A stretch of DNA of 64,000 nt from Macrostomum lignano (Eukaryota). Positions 24,676 to 36,053 of this stretch are shown here, piece by piece (within the stretch, counting starts at the first letter, position 1; the number at the start of each line of letters is the position of its first letter). The notes under the pieces were generated by a model. The model saw only the letters and a program-made list of their open reading frames with translations. It made no database searches and was not told where the DNA came from. Where the stretch lies: NCBI GenBank assembly GCA_002269645.1, contig NIVC01001831.1, positions 124,001-188,000 of the forward strand. The letters are read 5' to 3'. Made by a program: the position numbers and the translations under genes.

Positions 24676-27600
24676 TGTTGAAGTTTGCTTCTTTTAATTA
24701 AGTATATTTTATCAATATCAGTTTGAACAAAAAGAAATACACAAGATGAAAAATTGAGCAGTTTGGGGGGGCACTTAAAGTATTAGCGTATTTGCGATAT
24801 GAACTAACAACCATAGATATATCGGTACGATACTGTATTGAATATTTATTGAACTTTCTAGAAAGGGATACGCACAGCTATTTGCATTAACAATATTAAT
24901 CAATATTATGTATCTGACAATTACTATATAAAGTACTAAAAGTACGAGCTATATACTATAAACAACACTCCCACTTAATTGTCAGAAACTTATCATTGGA
25001 AGATTTAAGTTAATCGCGGTAGATTACTCAGTAGTCTCTGATATTAAAAATGGATGACAATGACATTAGTTACTTCAGTTACTCCAGTTACTTCAATTCA
25101 TATCCATACACTTAATACCAAGCATTGATCGCAGATTTTCAAACTGATGCCTGGGAATTGGCTTTGTTAGAATGTCCGCCAGCATTTCCTTTGTCGGACA
25201 GTATTCCAGTTTCACAGTACCAGCTTGAATAGCATCTCGAATAAAATGATAGCGGATGTCAATATGCTTTGTCCGCTTGTGTCGAATCGGATTTTTTGAC
25301 ATTGCAATGGCTCCTTGATTGTCTTCCTTAATTACAGTTGACCCAGTGATATTGGCACCCAAATCACTTACAAGTCGACGAAGCCATATTGCCTCCTGTG
25401 TCGCAGACGCAAGGGCCATGTACTCAGCTTCTGTCGTTGACAACGCCACCGTGGTTTGCTTTTGACTTAACCATGTTACTGCTCCACCGGCCATAATGAA
25501 AACACTTCCAGTGACTGAGCGTCTGCTATCCAAGTCCGACGCCCAATCAGCGTCTGAGTAGCCAATGATCTCGTTACTTCCAGACTTCTCATATTTCAGA
25601 ACGACGTCCGATGAGCCTTTCAGGTATCGAAGAATTCTCTTGGCAGCGGTGAGATGAGCCTCAGTTGGTTTGGAATTGAATTTCGATACTGCTCCCACTG
25701 CTTGAGCAATGTCTGGCCGTGTAGCGATCGCTGCGTACAATAGGCTGCCTACAATTGATTGATAGGCCTTTGGATCCACGAATTTGCTGTAGCCATCGTT
25801 TTCAACGAGCTTGACGCTTGAATCCATTGGGGTTGTGGCTGGGTTTGCTTCCAACATTTTAAACTTCTTCAGTAGTTGCATAATGTATTGCTTCTGATGA
25901 AGTTGAAGAAATCGTCTCTCTGAGTCAATCACTATTGTCACTCCTAAACAGTAATGAAGCTCTCCCATATCTTTCATCTTGAATCGTCGAGTGAATTCCT
26001 CCTTGATACTCTGCATTTCATCCATAGTATCAGTAGCCATCACCAAGTCGTCAACATAAACCGCAATGATTGACATGTTTCCAAGTTTGCGAGTGAACAC
26101 ACATGGGTCTGCTCCACTTTCCTTGAATCCAATCGAGATTAGGTAATCACAGAGGGCCTTGTTCCAACACCGGGGTGATTGCTTTAGACCATATAGCGAT
26201 CTTTTCAGCTTGCAGACTAAATTCTCTTCGTCGCATTTAACGTATCCGGGTGGTTGATCCATGAAGATTTCTTCTGTTAAATGTCCGTTTAGAAATGCAG
26301 TGACCACATCCATTTGATGAATGTGCATTTCTCGTTGAGTTGCGAATGCCAGTATAGTACGGATTGATGAGAATCTTACCACAGGAGAAAACGTCTCGTC
26401 ATAATCCACTCCAGGTTGTTGAGAATACCCTTTGGCAACCAGGCGTCCTTTGAATCGTTCAATGTTTCCGCAGCTGTCATGCTTCACTTTGAATACCCAC
26501 TTGCAGCCAACAGTCTTTCGTCCTTCTGGAAGAGGAACTAATTCCCACGTATCATTTTCTATCAGAGAGTTGTATTCCGAGTCTGTTGCTTCTTTCCATT
26601 CCTTCGCATTGTCACAACTCCAAGCCTCGTCAATCGATCTGGGTTCCAAAATCTCCATGGCTCGAAAAGCACGATGTTGTGGCTCTGTTGTACTTAGGCT
26701 AGCTACTTCGAAGTTCTCATTGTATTGAAAACGCTCTGGGGTTTTCCTTTGTCGCGTGGTCGTTGGCAGAATTTGTTGGATTTCAGTTTCAATTTCTTCA
26801 TTCGGAGTTGTTCGGCTGTTGTGCTCGTCGAGGTTGACTTCCATATGTGAATTTATCTTTTCATTGTTCTGCTGGAAATCATTCAACTTTCCGAAGTCTC
26901 CCTCATTGAAGATGACATCGTAACGAACAACTGTTTTCCTAGTTCTTTCGTCAAACAATCTGTAGCCCTTTTGATTGTTACTGTAGCCAAGGAACCTTAG
27001 CTTGGTAGTCTTCTTATCAAGTTTTTGTCTCTCTACTGTAGGAATGTGAGCATAAGCTACACAGCCAAACGTTCGAAGATGTGAGATGTTTGGCTTTCGT
27101 CCACACCATCTTTCGTAGGGTGTCATCATTGGCGCTACCGAGTTCGTCGGGACTCTGTTGCGGATATACGCGGCTGTGTTGATGGCTTCTGCCCAATAAG
27201 CATTGCTAAGACCAGCATGAGTTATCATTGTTCTAGCAGATTCGATGAGAGTACGGTTCATTCTTTCAGCAACACCGTTCTGTTCTGGTGTATGGGCTAC
27301 CGAAATTTCGTGTCGAATTCCTTTTGCAAGTAAAAACGCAGAAAATTCCTTGGACATGTACTCTCCTCCACCATCAGTTCGGAGAACTTTTATTGTTTTT
27401 TCAGTCTCATTTGTCACCTGCGCTTCGAATTCCTTAAACTTCTGGAAGACTTCAGACTTAGTCTTCAGAAAATAGACCTTCACAATGCGAGAGAAATCAT
27501 CGATGAAAGTCGCAAAAAATCGATTCCCGCCAAACGACTGCGTCTGCATTGGTCCACAAATGTCACTGTGCACAAGTTGCAGTACTTCTGATGAGCGAAT

Positions 27601-29465
27601 TTCTCCGACTGATTTGTGATTCTTTCGATGCGCCTTTCCTTCAACGCACGCTTCACAGAAATTCATATCACTCACAATGGAAGTGTCAGTACCCTCGACG
27701 TACCTTTTCTTGAATAGTTGTTCGAGTTGATTTCTGTGGAGATGTCCTAGACGATGATGCCACAAATTGGCAGTTTCGAGCTCTGACTTTGTAGTCGTTA
27801 CTGCAGCTGTAGCTAAGTTGCAATCTACATCACACTCAAGTTGATACAATCGATCAACTAGTGTTCCAAAGCCTACTAGCTTCCCTGTTTGGTTTCGAAT
27901 CCAGCACCTAGTGTGACCAAACTGAATGACATTGTTCTTAAGTGTAGCCGCACGTACACTGAACAGATTGCAGGCTAGTCTAGGTACGAAAAGTACAGAT
28001 CCAAGTACTGCGTTAGAACGCTCACCACCAGGGAGTCTCGTGACGATGTTCACTCGTCCAGTTCCGTAAGCTTGAACTGTTCGCCCGTCTCCGAGCCCTA
28101 CATTTTCCGGTTCATCGAATTCAGTGTAGTCTTTTAGAGCATTCCTTTGACAGGTCATATGTTTTGTCGCACCAGAGTCAATTATCCACCGTGCGGTTGT
28201 GTCCTGAGGACCAGTTTCTTCAGAGGTAAGAAATGTAGCGGCACTATCGGCTATCTCGTTGTCCAGGTTCGGATTCGAATGACTCGTACTTTCTGCAGTT
28301 TTAGCTTTATGCAGAGTCGATTTTGAGTTTTGCTGCCTGTTGCTCACGTTGAACCTGCACTCTCTACTGAAGTGTCCTTCCTTGCCACATGTGTAGCACT
28401 TAATTGGTCTGCGTACCTTAAATTTGTCAACACGAAGAGCAGATTCCGAATCACGGGATTCGTATTTCATAGTTTCACTTCGTTTCATTTCTTCATTAAG
28501 CAGTGCTTGTTGAACCGTCAGCAAAGTCAGCTCCTCTTCCTTTCGGGTCTCCAGAGCCGTAACCAGATGACTGTAGCTGTCAGGTAGACTGCTAAGAAGA
28601 ATCACAACCTGGTCTTCGTCAGACACAGCAGCATTAATGGACGCCAGCTTGTCAGTTAACTCCTTCAGACAGCGAATGTGCTCCTGAACTGGAGTCCCAT
28701 CAGTCATCTGCAGTCTAAATAGTTTTTTCTTCAAAAACAACTTGTTGGCAGTCGAGTCACGTTCGAAATGACCACATAAAATTTGCCACATCTGCCTCGG
28801 ATCATCATCGCATGTAGTCACAAGGTAGATGTACTCACTGCTGAGAGACAGAACTATCATTGCTGCTGCTCGCTGTTGCTGTTCCTTGAATTCATTGCGT
28901 CGTGCTTCATTTGCGTCTTGCTGAAGAACATCTTCTCCGGTAGCTATGCCCCAGAGTCTTCTTGCAATTAAGCAATGTTTCATTTGGATTTTCCATGTCA
29001 TCCAATTGTCCTTCGTGAGCTTCTCTATGTGCCATTTTTCTTCGCTTGCAGCCATAGCAACGTAACTGATCGACCGAGCGATCAAGTTTCCAGATGGCAC
29101 GAACAACCAGATTACCAGAATGATCTAGTACATCGAAGTACTCGCAGTGGAAGCGTGCTGGGCCCATAACCTGTTGAAGTTTGCTTCTTTTAATTAAGTA
29201 TATTTTATCAATATCAGTTTGAACAAAAAGAAATACACAAGATGAAAAATTGAGCAGTTTGGGGGGGGGCACTTAAAGTATTAGCGTATTTGCGATATGA
29301 ACTAACAACCATAGATATATCGGTACGATACTGTATTGAATATTTATTGAACTTTCTAGAAAGGGATACGCACAGCTATTTGCATTAACAATATTAATCA
29401 ATATTATGTATCTGACAATTACTATATAAAGTACTAAAAGTACGAGCTATATACTATAAACAACA
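24676..29465 (-). mobile_element. Full-length Ty1/Copia LTR retrotransposon, intact and very young
   Basis: LTRs 24676-24967 and 29172-29465, TG...CA, identical except a G7 versus G9 run. 5-bp TSD AGAAT at 24671-24675 and 29466-29470. Minus-strand PBS GGTTATGGGCCCAG and PPT AAGTGGGAG. Confidence 0.97.
25093..29055 (-). CDS. Copia gag-pol polyprotein (gag, protease, integrase, RT, RNase H)
   Basis: CYTCGKEGHFSREC; WIIDSGATKHM; GAG-pre-integrase WHHRLGH; VHSDICGP, RTDGGGEY, NGVAERMNRTL; YVDDL; GYSDADWA, STTEAEY, EDNQGAI, ADILTK. PR-IN-RT-RH order is Copia. Confidence 0.97.
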   Translation of the reverse strand: MAASEEKWHIEKLTKDNWMTWKIQMKHCLIARRLWGIATGEDVLQQDANEARRNEFKEQQQRAAAMIVLSLSSEYIYLVTTCDDDPRQMWQILCGHFERDSTANKLFLKKKLFRLQMTDGTPVQEHIRCLKELTDKLASINAAVSDEDQVVILLSSLPDSYSHLVTALETRKEEELTLLTVQQALLNEEMKRSETMKYESRDSESALRVDKFKVRRPIKCYTCGKEGHFSRECRFNVSNRQQNSKSTLHKAKTAESTSHSNPNLDNEIADSAATFLTSEETGPQDTTARWIIDSGATKHMTCQRNALKDYTEFDEPENVGLGDGRTVQAYGTGRVNIVTRLPGGERSNAVLGSVLFVPRLACNLFSVRAATLKNNVIQFGHTRCWIRNQTGKLVGFGTLVDRLYQLECDVDCNLATAAVTTTKSELETANLWHHRLGHLHRNQLEQLFKKRYVEGTDTSIVSDMNFCEACVEGKAHRKNHKSVGEIRSSEVLQLVHSDICGPMQTQSFGGNRFFATFIDDFSRIVKVYFLKTKSEVFQKFKEFEAQVTNETEKTIKVLRTDGGGEYMSKEFSAFLLAKGIRHEISVAHTPEQNGVAERMNRTLIESARTMITHAGLSNAYWAEAINTAAYIRNRVPTNSVAPMMTPYERWCGRKPNISHLRTFGCVAYAHIPTVERQKLDKKTTKLRFLGYSNNQKGYRLFDERTRKTVVRYDVIFNEGDFGKLNDFQQNNEKINSHMEVNLDEHNSRTTPNEEIETEIQQILPTTTRQRKTPERFQYNENFEVASLSTTEPQHRAFRAMEILEPRSIDEAWSCDNAKEWKEATDSEYNSLIENDTWELVPLPEGRKTVGCKWVFKVKHDSCGNIERFKGRLVAKGYSQQPGVDYDETFSPVVRFSSIRTILAFATQREMHIHQMDVVTAFLNGHLTEEIFMDQPPGYVKCDEENLVCKLKRSLYGLKQSPRCWNKALCDYLISIGFKESGADPCVFTRKLGNMSIIAVYVDDLVMATDTMDEMQSIKEEFTRRFKMKDMGELHYCLGVTIVIDSERRFLQLHQKQYIMQLLKKFKMLEANPATTPMDSSVKLVENDGYSKFVDPKAYQSIVGSLLYAAIATRPDIAQAVGAVSKFNSKPTEAHLTAAKRILRYLKGSSDVVLKYEKSGSNEIIGYSDADWASDLDSRRSVTGSVFIMAGGAVTWLSQKQTTVALSTTEAEYMALASATQEAIWLRRLVSDLGANITGSTVIKEDNQGAIAMSKNPIRHKRTKHIDIRYHFIRDAIQAGTVKLEYCPTKEMLADILTKPIPRHQFENLRSMLGIKCMDMN

Positions 29466-32400
29466 AGAATTTGGAATTCCGGATGAGAGGTTGGATGAAG
29501 AGCAGGATTCTGTTCAAGAATACTCCCTCAAATGTAAGCAGACGATCAAATTGTTAGAAAGGTTTTCTTCGAGAGCTCAACCTGAAATGCAGACCAGTCC
29601 AGCTCCGGGACTGAGGTCAACTGAACCCAGCGTCCGGCTGCTGAAGCGTCAGATCCCGACATTTCATGGTACAGTCGCGACCTGGTAATCATTCTGGGAC
29701 CAATTTTCGTCCTCGATTGATTCGAATAGCTCATTGTCTGACCATAGATAAATTTAATTATCTGCTAGATTGCCTTGGTGATTCGGCTCGTTCTTGCATC
29801 CGAGGTTTTTCCGTTACATCGTCAAATTATCGAGCTGCTGTGAGTACTCAAGGACCGCTATGGCAAACCCGAGAGTATTGTTCGTGACCTTATGACTCAA
29901 CTGTCCGACCTCCTACTCGTAGACACCACACTCATTGGGTTGCAGCGCTTTCGTGATGATGTAGCAGCGCTTACTCAAAGCCTTAGTAACCAGGGTGTCT
30001 CTTCCTCGTCGTATGAGGCTCTGCTGCTTCCATCTCTGCTGCGTCGCTGCCCGACTGAACTTCGACTCGAACTGCACCGTTCAGCCAACCTGGCTGGTAA
30101 TGAGATTAATTCCATTGACTGCATCGCATAAGCTTCGCGCTCGAGAATCCGAAAAGGGAGGCAGCACCTCAACGATTCCTAAACTCGCTTCTGCATCTAC
30201 TCTGGTCTCAAACAAGACCACAGCTTCACATTCGAGTCAAAAGCAGACAGATTTTCGGCCAGCGTCCTCCTTCAAGGTGTTCTGCACCTATTGTGGGTCC
30301 GGCCACATTTCTGAGAAGTATTCTACGATTTCTTCCGTGGCTGCCAGGATCAAATTCTTGAAGAACAATGATCGTTGCTTCAGGTGCCTTCGAACTGGTC
30401 ACAAGGACCACTAGAAGTTACCGTTGTATCAGGACGCAACACTCGTAAATATTGCAAAATTATTTGAAGGCCCGCTTGTTTGCATTGCAGCTTAACTTCT
30501 AGTGGTCCTTGACTGGTCACTTATCAAAGGCGTGTAGCGATCGCCGCTGCTGCCGAATCTGCTCTGGCAATCATCACTCCAATATTTGCACAGCTTCTGA
30601 ACAATCGAACACCAAGGACGGTCCAACCACAAAATCTAAGAGACCACCTCAGCTTCTCTCACGGAAGGACCGATGTTTGACTGTCTCTTCTCAGCGCCTT
30701 TTGCAGGACGCTCAACCCGCTCCTCGAAAGGAACACTCGAACATCGCAACCATGGATGAAACGACTCAGAGTACTACGTGCCTAACTCAAATCGACTCCG
30801 ATCTGACCACTCATCACCATCAGCAGGCAGTTCTCCCAATGTTCATTCAGCGCAATCCGCGTCTGTCGTGCTGCCCGCCGCAAAGGCGATTTTGCTAAGC
30901 TCTGGCGGGGATCGCGAGTTGATGGTACGCGTGTTGCTCGATACTGGTAGCAATCGAACCTATATCCGCGAAGATGTTTGCCAGCTTCTCGGCCTCCAGT
31001 CGACGAACTCCGAAAGGCTTCAAATATCAGCCTTTTCAGGCCTCACCTCCGTGGTCGACTCGGGCAAGGTCACGCTGACTCTTCAGAAAATTGACTCGCC
31101 GCAAGTTATCCGACTCGACGCCAGTATCGTCAAAGATATCTGCCAACCGCAACGTTCGGTCATTGTTACCAACTATGACCATCTCGGCGGCCTAGATCTT
31201 GCTGATCCCTTTGATCCACGTGACGCTACAACGCCAATTTCCATTCTCGTTGGATCCGATCAATACTATCAAATCGTCACAGGAAATTTAGTCCGTGTTG
31301 CCTCCGGTCCAGTAGCTATGGAAACGAAACTCGGCTTTGTTTTGTGCGGACCACTGACTTTCGACCGCCTGGCCAAAAGTATGATCAAGCAGATGATAAC
31401 GCTGCTTGCACAGCAGTTCAAACACTGTGCTGCTCAGTCAGAGAAGAAGCTACAGATGAACTCACAAGCTTCTGGAAGCTAGAAACTCTAGGAATCACCG
31501 ATCCCTTCTCAAAACCAGAGGAAAACTCGTTCGATTGCGCTCCTCGACTATTCGATTCCAGGTATTCCGTCAAGCTACCTTGGAAGCAACTAGACTATAC
31601 TCGTTCACTCGACAGTCACTTCGATCTCGCCTGAGTCGCCTTCGTTCGACGATGCAACGTTTGCACAAGTCTCCGGAGCACCTGAAGAAGTACAGTGACA
31701 TCATTGAGGAGCAGGAGCAGACCGGCGTCATTGAGAGAGTTCCATCCGCCGACTTATGCAAACCATTGATATCGATCGGTTCATTATCTGCCAAATTCTT
31801 ACGTCGTGAAGTCAAACAATGAATTCACCAAGCTCCGAGTTGTCTATGATGGATCCTCCAAGCTGCACAAAGACGATCTGTCCAGTAACGATCTTTTGCA
31901 AGTAGGATCAGCAGAGTTCCCACAGATTCCAGCTCTACTAATCCGATTCCGATGGCATCCGATTGCCATACTGGCCGATATCGAGAAGGCATTTCTGCAA
32001 GTCGGAGTCGACCTGAAAGATCGAGACTTTTTGCGCTTCCTGTGGTTCCAGTCAAGGGATTCGGAACTAGATCACAACCAGATAATCCACTACCGATTCT
32101 GCAGAGACCTGTTCGGATTGACCTGCTCACCGGCTCTCTTGAAGATCACCATCCTGCAACATCTCCAGAATCACCAAGCCGCCTTCGGTGATAGAACTAA
32201 AATCCTCTCACGCGATATGTACGTCGACAATCTGGTAACCAGCTGTGACACTGTGAAAGAAGCCGCAGTTCTCTACCACGATGCTCAAGAGTTGTTTCGA
32301 CTGGCCGTTATGAATATTAGACAATGGCAATCTAACTCTGAAGAGTTCTAATCCATTCTGCCACCGAACAGTATCGGTCATGCTGAGAAAGTACTTGGTC

Positions 32401-34049
32401 TGACGTGGGACTCCAAGAGAGACGTGTTTCTGCTCGACTTTCGCCGTTGTCTGGGCACTCTTCCACCCTATTTAAAGTTTCTGGATGCTTCATTTTCTGC
32501 ACCCGCTGCCAAGAGATATGGAGAAAAACGTTTCTACCACCATTCACCCCTCGAATCACCCTCAAATCACGAGTTCGATTCACCCCTCGAATATTGTGTG
32601 TGCCTTTGTGTACTTTCTTCCTTTCAACTTTTTGGCTGCTTATGTGCTTAAAAAGCAAATGAAATGATTGCGAATCCATCAAGCCACGCGATGTAATTCA
32701 ATCCCAGTGTTTTGATAGCTCAGCTCAATGCAGCTAAAATTTGTATAAGTTTTGTGAATTTTTTTACTCAAGTAAAGCTGATAGGCAGAATAATTTTTAA
32801 CGGTTGTGTAATAAAAAACTACATGCTTCTATTTTCTATGCCGTGCATAGCAATAGTCGTCCGCCACAATGAGTTATTAGGTAACCTTAATCCCTGTAAG
32901 ACATCGTATCCTGCACCAATGCGGCGGAGAGGACTTTTGAGAAAAATTAACGGATTTTAAGTTCTTCTTTTGCTTTTTGTTACAGCCAAATACTTTTTCA
33001 GTTGGCTTTCCAACCCTGGGAAATGAGGTTTGTTTCACGGCCAATAAATGTTGTCTCGTGTCGTTAAACTAATTTTATTTTCAATTAATATTACAACTTT
33101 TGATATCCTTTTTCACTATCTATGATGCAGTTAAGCACTCGAAAATGTGTTTTGCGGAAAAACGTTTGTTCAAAGAACATATAATCGATCTATTTTTTAT
33201 CTATCTATGTATATGATCTATTTATTTAATTATCTCTTAGCTAGTATAATTTCATCGCATCCTTCGTGTAGCTTTCTTTTTTTGCTTCCAGAAATCAATT
33301 AAGCATTGCACGACTACCATCTGCTTAGCATACAGATAGCATACCTGTAGTAGTGAACATGGGTTTTACTGGCAAAGTTGCCAACTGGGTAGAGAGCAGG
33401 CAGTGTAACCGGGTAGAGCAGAACACATCGGAAGAGTCATCCTACGTATCAGGCCGTCAGTAAAATTCCGCTGCATGATCACTATATGACCCATCAATGA
33501 TTTTAAAAAGTTGAAAGAAAAGTGTCACCAGAGGCCGGCTTGTCACCATCTGCACTCCTTTAAAATTCAAATTTAAGTTTTTGTTTCCAGAAATGTAGTG
33601 CGCGTACATGAAGTTTCTCTTAACGCTAGCGCGAATGTACGTTATACAATGTATTATATGTACGTACGTACAAGCTAGCGTTTACACTTAAGGGAAAAGA
33701 AAAATATCAGCCCTAAGCAGTCTTGATTTTCCACAGGCCAACAATAATCACCACCTACGTGTACTGACTACCTAACCCAGGAGTTGACTCCTTTGTTTCA
33801 TGTTCGAACGGCATCGCAGCTGCTTCCTTTGCATTGTCTGCAAGAGCTACACCTCACAGGTCTTGCACATTGAAACCGCCTGCGACATCGAAATCGAACT
33901 GATGAAAGAATTCCGGGCATCCGGGTACCTCTTGGCATCATGAAGATCGAGTCCCTTCATGCTCATAAACCTGATTCACTATCTCAATTATTCACAGCTG
34001 CATTATCTCCAAAACAGAAAATGAGCACAAAACTTCGCATTCTGTTTTT

Positions 34050-34540
34050 GGGTAAGCTATAGAACTCATGCACTCAGCGGACATTAATTTGCAAGCAAGA
34101 CCAGCTACTTCAAGTTGGTCCGATCAATTTCCACAAAGGTTCCGATGATTGGAGCCGATCGCAGTTTTAGCAGACACTGAAAAGGCGTTCTGCAGCACAT
34201 TCGATTGGCATTAGAGGAGGTAAACGGCCGGGATTCACTTCGTTTTCTCTGGGCTCAGAGTCGTCGGTCTCAGGTACATTCAGGATGTTCTTCATTATCG
34301 CGCTTTCATCCTGCACCATCTGGGAATATAAAACGATCGAACTGACTTCACTGATGTCGCTGGCATTTTAAATCATGACAAAGTGTGACAATTTCGCCGA
34401 CGATCTGGGAACTAGCTGCGACTCAGTGGAAAAAGCTCGCCTTTATGACCCATCAAAACAAATTTTCAGTTTTAGCTGGGATGACCATCCTAAAGACAAT
34501 GGCAGTGGAACTCTGAGTCGTTTACAGCTATAGTTTGTCA
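34050..34540 (+). pseudogene. Second, older BEL/Pao RT remnant
   Basis: Manual translation gives DQLLQVG, PIAVLADTEKAF, DSLRFLW and FADDLGTSCDSVEKARLY, collinear with the RT at 31.9-32.3 kb but with frameshifts. Confidence 0.7.
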
Positions 34541-35355
34541 CCGTCAGAAGTACTACAGCTCTCGCCGGCTGTGACTTTTAGTCAAACTACTTTTTCAGCA
34601 GCTGTGCAGACAGGAAATTGCGGGAGATGAAGAGCTTCCCAACGAAGTTGCTGAGCAGCTTGGTCCCACTTAAGTCGGCTCACATCGAGTTTGGTATAAT
34701 TGAAAGCCGAGCTGTAAGATAGTTGTGCAATTATTTAATTACTGTACAGGAATTGCGCGGTAAAGATAGCCAGTAGCGTTGTGTATAAAGAAATACATGT
34801 ACTTTTAGGGCCACCATTCAGCTTTTTGAAAGTGGCGTGGCTGGAGTTTTTCTTAATCTGCATCGTGAATTTTCAGGTGCTAGTACTAGCACTTGTTAGA
34901 ATGGTTCGGCTTCGGCCGGACTGACGAAATGTACATAAGCAGATGAACGCGAAGTGTGTCACGGTGGCAAATTTAAATTTACCCAAAAGCTTACTCTGAA
35001 TAGTTCGCTCAAAGCCTCAAAGTAACAAAGTTTAATTTTGAATTATAAAAAATAAAGCTTCGAGCAAATAAAGCTTTCGAGTTTATAATTTTATTCTTCT
35101 GTCAAGTTCCTGCATAAACGTCATTTAAATAGCAGTGGCCTAACAGTCGTGCCGTCAGACTCGGGTCTCCCTAAAACGCGCACCGCACCGCCCCGAACCG
35201 CTACACATTATAACATTTTTTGTCAATGCAGTATTTGATTGCAAGGAAAACTATTTGTTGTAAGAGTAATGGAATAAATATCTTTAATTATTATTATAAA
35301 TATTGTTATTATTTTTTTTATTCTCCTTTTCATTATTAAATTATATTATTATTAC

Positions 35356-36053
35356 CAAGGACGACTTCAGTAGAAGGACGGGAAACCTCGTTTCTTAGAA
35401 AAGTTTTGAAGGCACTTTTTCCCGAAAAAATACACTACGGAGATAGGAAATTTTCATTTTTTCAGCACAAAAATTGTTATTGCGTTTGATAGGAGGCAGA
35501 TCCTGTGTTCATCTTTTGATATGTTGTGCCTTTTTTATTGCTCTATCGATATTAATAAAGCTTTTCGTTCAGAAAATTAGGATTCTATGTTAATTTTTTA
35601 TTCTACGTATATTTTCGCGTGTCTTGTGCTTGAAATACATTAGAATGCCACGGCTCGGCTCTTTAGCTTCATGAGTCTTTTTTATCATTCTTACTCGACT
35701 GTGTAGCAAATATTTGTAACAGAGATGATAAAATAGGTTCATAAAACCAAATATTGGAGCTGTGTCATGCATTTTTGTGATTTTTAGATACAGGAAATAT
35801 ACGTAGAATAAAAAATTAACATAGAATCCTAATTTTCTGAACGAAAAGCTTTATAAATATCGATAGAGCAATAAAAAAGGCACAACATATCAAAAGATGA
35901 ACACAGGATCTGCCTCCTATCAAACGCAATAACAATTTTTGTGCTGAAAAAATGAAAATTTCCTATCTCCGTAGTGTATTTTTTCGGGAAAAAGTGCCTT
36001 CAAAACTTTTCTAAGAAACGAGGTTTCCCGTCCTTCTACTTAAGTCGTCCTTG
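35356..36053. mobile_element. Non-autonomous DNA transposon (MITE), hAT- or P-like
   Basis: Near-perfect 259-bp inverted arms (35356-35614 and 35795-36053) starting CAAGGACGAC and ending GTCGTCCTTG, 180-bp spacer, 8-bp TSD ATTATTAC on both sides. Confidence 0.9.

Larger units (their letters stand above)
24650..32470 (+). pseudogene. Decayed BEL/Pao LTR retrotransposon (gag, protease, RT, truncated in RNase H), interrupted by the Copia element
   Basis: Gag LKRQIPTFHGTVATW*SFWDQF...DKFNYL; Cys knuckles CFRCLRTGH and CRICSGNHHSNIC; protease VLLDTGSNRTYI; RT KLRVVYDGS, ADIEKAFLQV, MYVDNL; KVLGLTWD. Many stops and frameshifts; no LTRs found. Confidence 0.88.
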
